From Phycisphaeraceae bacterium (GTDB lineage: Bacteria; Planctomycetota; Phycisphaerae; Phycisphaerales; Zrk34): a stretch of DNA of 43,897 bases. Below, piece by piece: positions 38,724-43,897 of this stretch; position 1 is the stretch's first letter, and every line of letters starts with the position of its first letter. Position numbers and translations under genes: made by a program. Under the pieces are notes generated by a model that ran no database searches, was not told the origin of the DNA, and saw nothing but the letters and a program-made list of their open reading frames with translations. Where the stretch lies: NCBI GenBank assembly GCA_040905565.1, contig JBBDRF010000030.1:1-43897 (forward strand). Direction: 5' to 3'.

Positions 38724-38732
38724 CTTCCAAAG

Positions 38733-38753
38733 GAGCCGGGTTGTCCCCAACCC
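38733..38753 (+). repeat. REP family B single unit
   Basis: gagccgggttgtccccaaccc. Confidence 0.75.
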
Positions 38754-38787
38754 AGTCATCCTAAAAACACCCGCTATCATGAAAACG

Positions 38788-39309
38788 ATGACCGCCCCAC
38801 CACCACCATCCCCCCATCCCGCGACACTTGATGATGAGAAACTGCTGGCCCAATGCCGCATCGAGCGCACCCGCGCTTCAGGCCCCGGCGGCCAGCATCG
38901 CAACAAAGTCGAAACCGCCATCGTGCTCCACCACGAGCCGACAGGCATCAAGGCACAGGCCTCGGAGCGCCGGTCGCAAAAGGACAATCAGCGCGTCGCC
39001 CTCAGCCGCCTCCGCCTCACCCTCGCCTGTTCACCGCAGCCGACCGAAGCGCCCGTCTCACCATCAGAACTCTGGCGCTCGCGCCTCAAAGGAACCCGGC
39101 TGATCATCAGCCCCACCCACCACGACTACCCCGCCCTGCTTGCCGAAGCGATGACCGCCCTGGCTGTGCACAATGACGATCCCGCCGCCGCTGCCCAGGC
39201 GCTCGGCTGCTCCACCAGCCAACTCATCAAACTACTCAAACACCACCCCCCCGCCCTCCAGCAGATCAACCAAAAGCGCGCCGCGACCGATCGTCACACC
39301 CTAAAGTGA
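38788..39309 (+). CDS. Peptide chain release factor-like protein (GGQ domain) with HTH-like C-terminus
   Basis: RASGPGGQHRNKVETAIVLHHEPTG...ERRSQKDN; alternative start 38779. Confidence 0.85.
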   Translation: MTAPPPPSPHPATLDDEKLLAQCRIERTRASGPGGQHRNKVETAIVLHHEPTGIKAQASERRSQKDNQRVALSRLRLTLACSPQPTEAPVSPSELWRSRLKGTRLIISPTHHDYPALLAEAMTALAVHNDDPAAAAQALGCSTSQLIKLLKHHPPALQQINQKRAATDRHTLK

Positions 39310-39340
39310 CACCCCACACCCCGAAGCCCACGCCCCCCCC

Positions 39341-40720
39341 TCAAATCTCAACTTCCGCATCCAGATCACGCCGCTTCCGCGCACGAATCAACAGCTTGAT
39401 CGGCACCTCTTTGAACGGCAGGTTCGCCCGCACCTGGTTCATCAAATACCGCTGGTAATTGTGGTCGAATAAGTCCGGGTTGTTCACGAACATCGCGATC
39501 GTCGGCGGGTGCACCGCAGGCTGCGTCACGTAGTAAATCTTCGCCACCTTACCCAGCTTCGAACTCGGCCCCCGCCGCGTCAGAATCTCCTGCATAATCC
39601 GATTCAGCTCCCCCGTCCCCACCCGTTCGCCTGCCTGCTCGAACAGATCGCATGCAGTAAGAATCGCATCCTGGATCCGCTCGCGCTCCTTCGCACTGAC
39701 GAACACAATCGGGCAATAGTCCAGCCCCTTCAGCTGCCCGCTCAGATGCTCCAGGTAATCCTCAGGCGTCAGGTCATCCGCCACCAGATCCCACTTGTTC
39801 ACCACAATCACGCAAGGCTTGAAGTGCTCGTTGATCTCCTGCCCCAGTTTCTTATCGACCTGCGAAACGGCGACCGTCGCGTCGATCAGCAGCATCACCA
39901 CATCCGCCCGCCGCACCGCACGAAGCGCCCGATGAAGCGAGTAGTATTCGATATCCCCGTCAACGCTCTTGCGTTTGCGAACGCCTGCCGTATCGATGGC
40001 GGTAAAGCTTCGGCCTTCCAGCTCAAACCGCACATCGACCGAGTCACGCGTCGTCCCCGCCACTTCCGAAGCAATCACCCGCTCGCTGCCCGCCAGCGCA
40101 TTCACAAGCGTACTCTTGCCCGCGTTCCGCTTGCCGACGATTGCCAGCTTCATCTCGGTTTCAACGTGATCAGTCGCTTCGCCCGCTTCGCCGAGCCGAT
40201 CGTTCAGCAGCTCAAGCAGTTCACGCTTGCCGCGCTGCGTCGTCGCCGAAACACGAAGCGGTTCGCCGAAGCCCAGCCGCATCATCTCGTACGTCACCGA
40301 CTCGAACCGGGAGCTATCAACCTTGTTCGCGATCAGGATCACCTTCTGATGCTCCGCCCGCTTACGCAGCAGCCTCGCGACCTGCTCATCCAAAGGCGTC
40401 ACGCCGTCGTGCGCATCGACCACGAAAAAGATGACCTCCGCTTCGCCGACCGCGAACTGAATCTGCCGTTCCACATCGGCCGTAAGCGGGTTCACCGTAT
40501 CGTCGCTGCTGTAGATGCCGAACCCGCCCGTGTCGACGATCTCGCACCAGCGCGCAGGACCATCCTTCTTCAGCGGCGGCAGCTCAAGCTCCGTACTCAC
40601 ACGGTCACGCGTGACGCCTGCTGTGGGATCCACAATGCTCACCCGCCGCCCCGCCACCATGTTCAGCAGGCTCGATTTGCCGACGTTCGGCCGACCTACA
40701 ATTGCTACCTTCGCCAACAT
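39341..40720 (-). CDS. der: Ribosome biogenesis GTPase Der (EngA)
   Basis: Two G domains: GRPNVGKSSL/GVTRDR/DTGG/NKVD and GKRNAGKSTL/GTTRDS/DTAG/NKWD; C-terminal KH-like domain. Confidence 0.96.
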   Translation of the reverse strand: MLAKVAIVGRPNVGKSSLLNMVAGRRVSIVDPTAGVTRDRVSTELELPPLKKDGPARWCEIVDTGGFGIYSSDDTVNPLTADVERQIQFAVGEAEVIFFVVDAHDGVTPLDEQVARLLRKRAEHQKVILIANKVDSSRFESVTYEMMRLGFGEPLRVSATTQRGKRELLELLNDRLGEAGEATDHVETEMKLAIVGKRNAGKSTLVNALAGSERVIASEVAGTTRDSVDVRFELEGRSFTAIDTAGVRKRKSVDGDIEYYSLHRALRAVRRADVVMLLIDATVAVSQVDKKLGQEINEHFKPCVIVVNKWDLVADDLTPEDYLEHLSGQLKGLDYCPIVFVSAKERERIQDAILTACDLFEQAGERVGTGELNRIMQEILTRRGPSSKLGKVAKIYYVTQPAVHPPTIAMFVNNPDLFDHNYQRYLMNQVRANLPFKEVPIKLLIRARKRRDLDAEVEI

Positions 40721-40793
40721 CAAATCACATCACTTTCATCTGTCACAAACCGCACCCGGACCAGGCCAGCGGGTAATACGCAAACGCTGCGTT

Positions 40794-41486
40794 TCAAACC
40801 TCAGCTTGCCTGTGACGCCAGACCTCTTCCGCTTCGGGCATGCGGACATAGCGAGGCTTCAGCGCCATCGCCTCGACGAACCGCCCCTGCCTTGCCGCCT
40901 CTCGACCCAGCCCCCAGACCACCTCACTGCGCGCCTCCGCCGCTTCACCTTCGAGATAGGTGACGCCTTCCGCCTCCACTTTCTCAAGGCGATCGCCGAC
41001 GACAACCACCGGCCGCCCCGCTTCCGCCAGCACCTCCGCCATCGTCAGCAGACGCGGCTCAGCAAGCGATTGCAGATGACCAGCCTCATCACGCTCGAAC
41101 AGCCCAGCAAAGTACCGACCCGCCTTCGCATTCAGGCACACCGCCACGCGCTCCGCCTCGGCAGGAGCATTGGCCGCAACAACCTGCAGCGTTTCCACCG
41201 CAACGAGCTTGCAACCGAGCGACCAGCCCAGCACCTTCGCCGTCGTGATCCCGATGCGCAACCCCGTGAACGAGCCAGGCCCGACAGAGACATACACCTC
41301 CGCCAGCTGCTCGCGCGCCACGTGATGAGCCTCACACAACCGCTCGATCGCAGGCATGAGCCCGACCGCGTGCCGACGCTGACCGACCTGCTCCGTGCCA
41401 AGCAGCGCATCACCACGACCGAGGCTCACGCTGCCGGCGCGGCCTGAAGTCTCGATCGCCAGACTATATAGCTGATCTTCGTCCAT
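40794..41486 (-). CDS. tsaB: tRNA threonylcarbamoyladenosine biosynthesis protein TsaB
   Basis: LAIETS, H...LMPAI, GPGSFTGLRIG, PRYVR. Confidence 0.93.
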   Translation of the reverse strand: MDEDQLYSLAIETSGRAGSVSLGRGDALLGTEQVGQRRHAVGLMPAIERLCEAHHVAREQLAEVYVSVGPGSFTGLRIGITTAKVLGWSLGCKLVAVETLQVVAANAPAEAERVAVCLNAKAGRYFAGLFERDEAGHLQSLAEPRLLTMAEVLAEAGRPVVVVGDRLEKVEAEGVTYLEGEAAEARSEVVWGLGREAARQGRFVEAMALKPRYVRMPEAEEVWRHRQAEV

Positions 41487-41550
41487 ATCGAATCGACCAT
41501 TGTACCCCGGCAACCAACTTTACGCCCAGCAAGGCGAACGTTGTTCCAGA

Positions 41551-41587
41551 GGGTGCCCCGGCCAGCGAGCGAAGCGAGACGGCCGGG
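41551..41587 (+). repeat. REP family A single long unit
   Basis: gggtgccccggccagcgagcgaagcgagacggccggg. Confidence 0.9.
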
Positions 41588-41601
41588 CTCGCTGCACCTG
41601 C

Positions 41602-41629
41602 TTGATTTTCCGGGCGTGTTCGCTATGCT
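41602..41629 (+). promoter_or_regulatory. Putative sigma70 promoter of tRNA-Leu
   Basis: ttgatt-N16-tatgct about 22 nt upstream of the tRNA. Confidence 0.5.
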
Positions 41630-41651
41630 TTTCACGGCAACGACTTTGTCT

Positions 41652-41737
<86 letters not shown>

Positions 41738-41756
41738 TTTTTTTGTTTGCCGCCAG

Positions 41757-41789
41757 AACCGCGCCGTCTCTCACGGTGCGGTTTTTTTT
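41757..41789 (+). terminator. Rho-independent terminator after tRNA-Leu
   Basis: aaccgcgccgt-ctctc-acggtgcggtt followed by a T run. Confidence 0.85.
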
Positions 41790-41926
41790 ATGCCCCCCCA
41801 CCGTCATCATCACGACGCCAATGAGCGCACAGAATGACCGGGCTAGGGACAGCCCGGCGCTGTGCGCATGGTGGCGTCGACATGCCGCCATTGTGCGCGA
41901 TTATCGTGCGTTGACGGGGGTTTTGA

Positions 41927-42184
41927 TCAGTAGTCGTAGCGGTGTCGGGGGGCTTTGTTTTTGTCCGATTCGTTGCCGACGATGTAGCCGCCGACGGCTC
42001 CGACGCCCGCGCCGATCAGGGCACCCCGGCCGCGGTCACGGTGATCGATACCCGCCCCTGCTGCCGAGCCGACCGCCGCCCCGAGCAAGCCGCCCGTCTG
42101 GGCATCGCTCTGGCAACCGGTGAGGCCGAGGCTGAGGGGGGCGAACGCGAGCACGATGGTGCATGTCCAGAGTCGCTGCTTCAT
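41927..42184 (-). CDS. Glycine-zipper small lipoprotein
   Basis: Lipobox LTGC, GGLLGAAVGSAAGAGI...GALIGAGVGAVGGYIVG; GAGGAGG RBS and TATAAT upstream. Confidence 0.85.
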   Translation of the reverse strand: MKQRLWTCTIVLAFAPLSLGLTGCQSDAQTGGLLGAAVGSAAGAGIDHRDRGRGALIGAGVGAVGGYIVGNESDKNKAPRHRYDY

Positions 42185-42254
42185 GGCGAAGCCTCCTCTT
42201 CAAGGTGGGTCTTATTATAGCCCGCAAAGTTCGGAAACGCCGGATTATCGTACG

Positions 42255-43691
42255 TTAAGGTGCGTCGGGCGCCGTGCCGTTGATGGTGACAGCTGCGGGG
42301 GCGTCGTCGGGTGGGGGGCTGAATGCCGACGTCGCCGGGCGGTGATGCGACCAGTCTTCCACCTGCGTATCGGGCCCTTCGCCTTCGTACTTTTTCAGGA
42401 TTTTATAGCCGTTGTCACGCTGAGCGGGCACGTAACCCGCCCCACGCACGAGCCGACAGATCGACGCTTCGTTCAAGCAGTACGTTGTCCCTGCGGAACT
42501 TACGACGTTCTCCTCCATCATCACGCTGCCCATATCGTTCGCGCCGAAGAAGAGCCCGATCTGCCCGATCTTCGGGCCCATCGTCACCCAGCTCGACCCA
42601 ATCGAATGGATGTTGTCCAGGAACAAACGCGACAGCGCCTGCGTGCGAAGATAGTCGTTACTCCCGGCCAGCCTTAACCTTCGGCCCGCGTCGGGCACTG
42701 CCTCTTTGCAGGCTGCCTTGTCGAAACCGTCGACTTCGCCCCGCATGACGCGTTCGCCGAGTTCGTCACCGGCGAACGTGCCGTCGCTCTCCATGTCGTG
42801 ATGCCGCAGCCGGCCAAGCGGCGTGTTGTCCGGCTGGAAGGGCCAGGAGATGAAGCTGACGTAGCGGCCGGGCAGGTTGTCGGCGAGGGCCTTATCCTGA
42901 GCGTCGCGAATGGTTTGCATGTGCATCACGCGGTCGGCGATGCCCTCGATGTGGCCGAACATCATGGTCGACGACGTGTTCATGCCCAGCTCATGGCCGA
43001 CGCGCATCACGTCCAGCCACTGCTGCGCCGTCGCCTTACCGATGCCGATGCGCCGGCGGACATGCTCGGGAAAGATCTCGCCGCCGCCGCCTGGGATGCT
43101 GGCCAGGCCCGCTTCCATGAGCCGCTGCATGATGGCGCGGAGCTTGGCGAGCCAGGTCTCGCGAGGCAGTTCGTGGGAGTGGCCGGGCTCGGTTTTCGGA
43201 TGACCGTTGATCTCGCAGACCGCGACGAATTCGACGAACTCCGGCGGGCTGAACGCGTGCAGATGCACCTGCGGGAAGTGCTCGCGGAGGTCGCTGAGCA
43301 TCTCGGTGTAGAAGCCGAGGGGCAGCTCGGGATGCATGCCGCCCTGGAGGAGGACCTGGGTGCCGCCGATTTCCGCGAGTTCGCGCACCTTGGTGTGCAG
43401 CTCTTCGCGCGTGAGGGTGTAGGCTTCTTTGTCGCCGAGCTTTCGGTAAAACGCGCAGAAGGTGCAGCTGGCGGTGCAGACGTTGGTGTAGTTGATGTTG
43501 CGATCGATGACGTAGGTGCGGACGGCGTGGCCGTGGATGCGGTCGGCAACGGCGGTGGCCCAGCGTCCGAGATCGTGCAGTGAAGCGTGGTGGTACAACC
43601 ACAGCGCCTGCTCGGCGGTCAGCCGGTTTTCGCCGGCAACGACCGCGTCAATATCCACCACGTCGGTTACGTTTTGTGTGTGCGTGTTCAT
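42255..43691 (-). CDS. mqnC: Cyclic dehypoxanthinyl futalosine synthase (CofH/MqnC radical SAM)
   Basis: DRNINYTNVCTASCTFCAF, LLQGG, SPPE, PGGGGEI, MMFGH, SSWVT, GANDMGSVMMEENVVSSAG. Confidence 0.88.
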   Translation of the reverse strand: MNTHTQNVTDVVDIDAVVAGENRLTAEQALWLYHHASLHDLGRWATAVADRIHGHAVRTYVIDRNINYTNVCTASCTFCAFYRKLGDKEAYTLTREELHTKVRELAEIGGTQVLLQGGMHPELPLGFYTEMLSDLREHFPQVHLHAFSPPEFVEFVAVCEINGHPKTEPGHSHELPRETWLAKLRAIMQRLMEAGLASIPGGGGEIFPEHVRRRIGIGKATAQQWLDVMRVGHELGMNTSSTMMFGHIEGIADRVMHMQTIRDAQDKALADNLPGRYVSFISWPFQPDNTPLGRLRHHDMESDGTFAGDELGERVMRGEVDGFDKAACKEAVPDAGRRLRLAGSNDYLRTQALSRLFLDNIHSIGSSWVTMGPKIGQIGLFFGANDMGSVMMEENVVSSAGTTYCLNEASICRLVRGAGYVPAQRDNGYKILKKYEGEGPDTQVEDWSHHRPATSAFSPPPDDAPAAVTINGTAPDAP

Positions 43692-43820
43692 GGAAGGTGC
43701 CATTCTAGCACACCGGCGGGAGGCGTACCTCTGCGACGCTTATTTGAGTGGCGGGCGGTGTTGGGGTAAAATTGTCGGGCTCTAGTCTATGGCTGGAGAG
43801 TCGGCAATTTGCCGAGGTTT

Positions 43821-43894
43821 GGCCGCGTAGCCAAGTGGTCTAAGGCGACGGATTGCAAATCCGTTATTCGTGGGTTCGAATCCCACCGCGGCCT
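43821..43894 (+). tRNA. tRNA-Cys(GCA)
   Basis: Acceptor ggccgcg/cgcggcc, anticodon arm acgga-ttGCAaa-tccgt, ggttcgaatcc T-arm, U discriminator. Confidence 0.97.
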
Positions 43895-43897
43895 TTT

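Noticed and set aside
4..41587. CRISPR array interpretation of the ~30-37 bp repeats
   Set aside because: Units are dispersed or inverted pairs, not tandem direct repeats with unique spacers; no cas genes

Overview
GC-rich bacterial chromosome segment, most likely Planctomycetota (probably Phycisphaerae). This is inferred from a HYExAFE-family gene, squalene-hopene cyclase, futalosine-pathway MqnC and the style of the palindromic repeats. Content is mostly housekeeping: rarA, ygfA, the phoH-HD-ybeY-corC operon, mutL, shc, sucC, gcvT, pyrC, pcm, sucAB, mlaE, der, tsaB, mqnC, tRNA-Leu(CAG) and tRNA-Cys(GCA). I saw no prophage, CRISPR array or IS transposase. Five things stand out. (1) A two-gene nonulosonate/flagellin-glycosylation module: a NeuA-NeuB fusion plus a 1224-aa protein fusing a Maf glycosyltransferase to a spiroSPASM-like SpsF + degenerate radical-SAM + SPASM region. 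(2) At least four families of REP/REPIN/MITE-like palindromic repeats; one doublet sits inside the Maf coding frame and is translated. (3) A recurring TAnnnT-N6/7-ATG pattern suggesting leaderless mRNAs. (4) A GIY-YIG nuclease next to a HYExAFE PD-(D/E)XK-like gene. (5) A GGQ release-factor-like protein with an HTH-like tail, and an E2o lacking its peripheral subunit-binding domain. All calls come from reading motifs by eye; no database searches were run.
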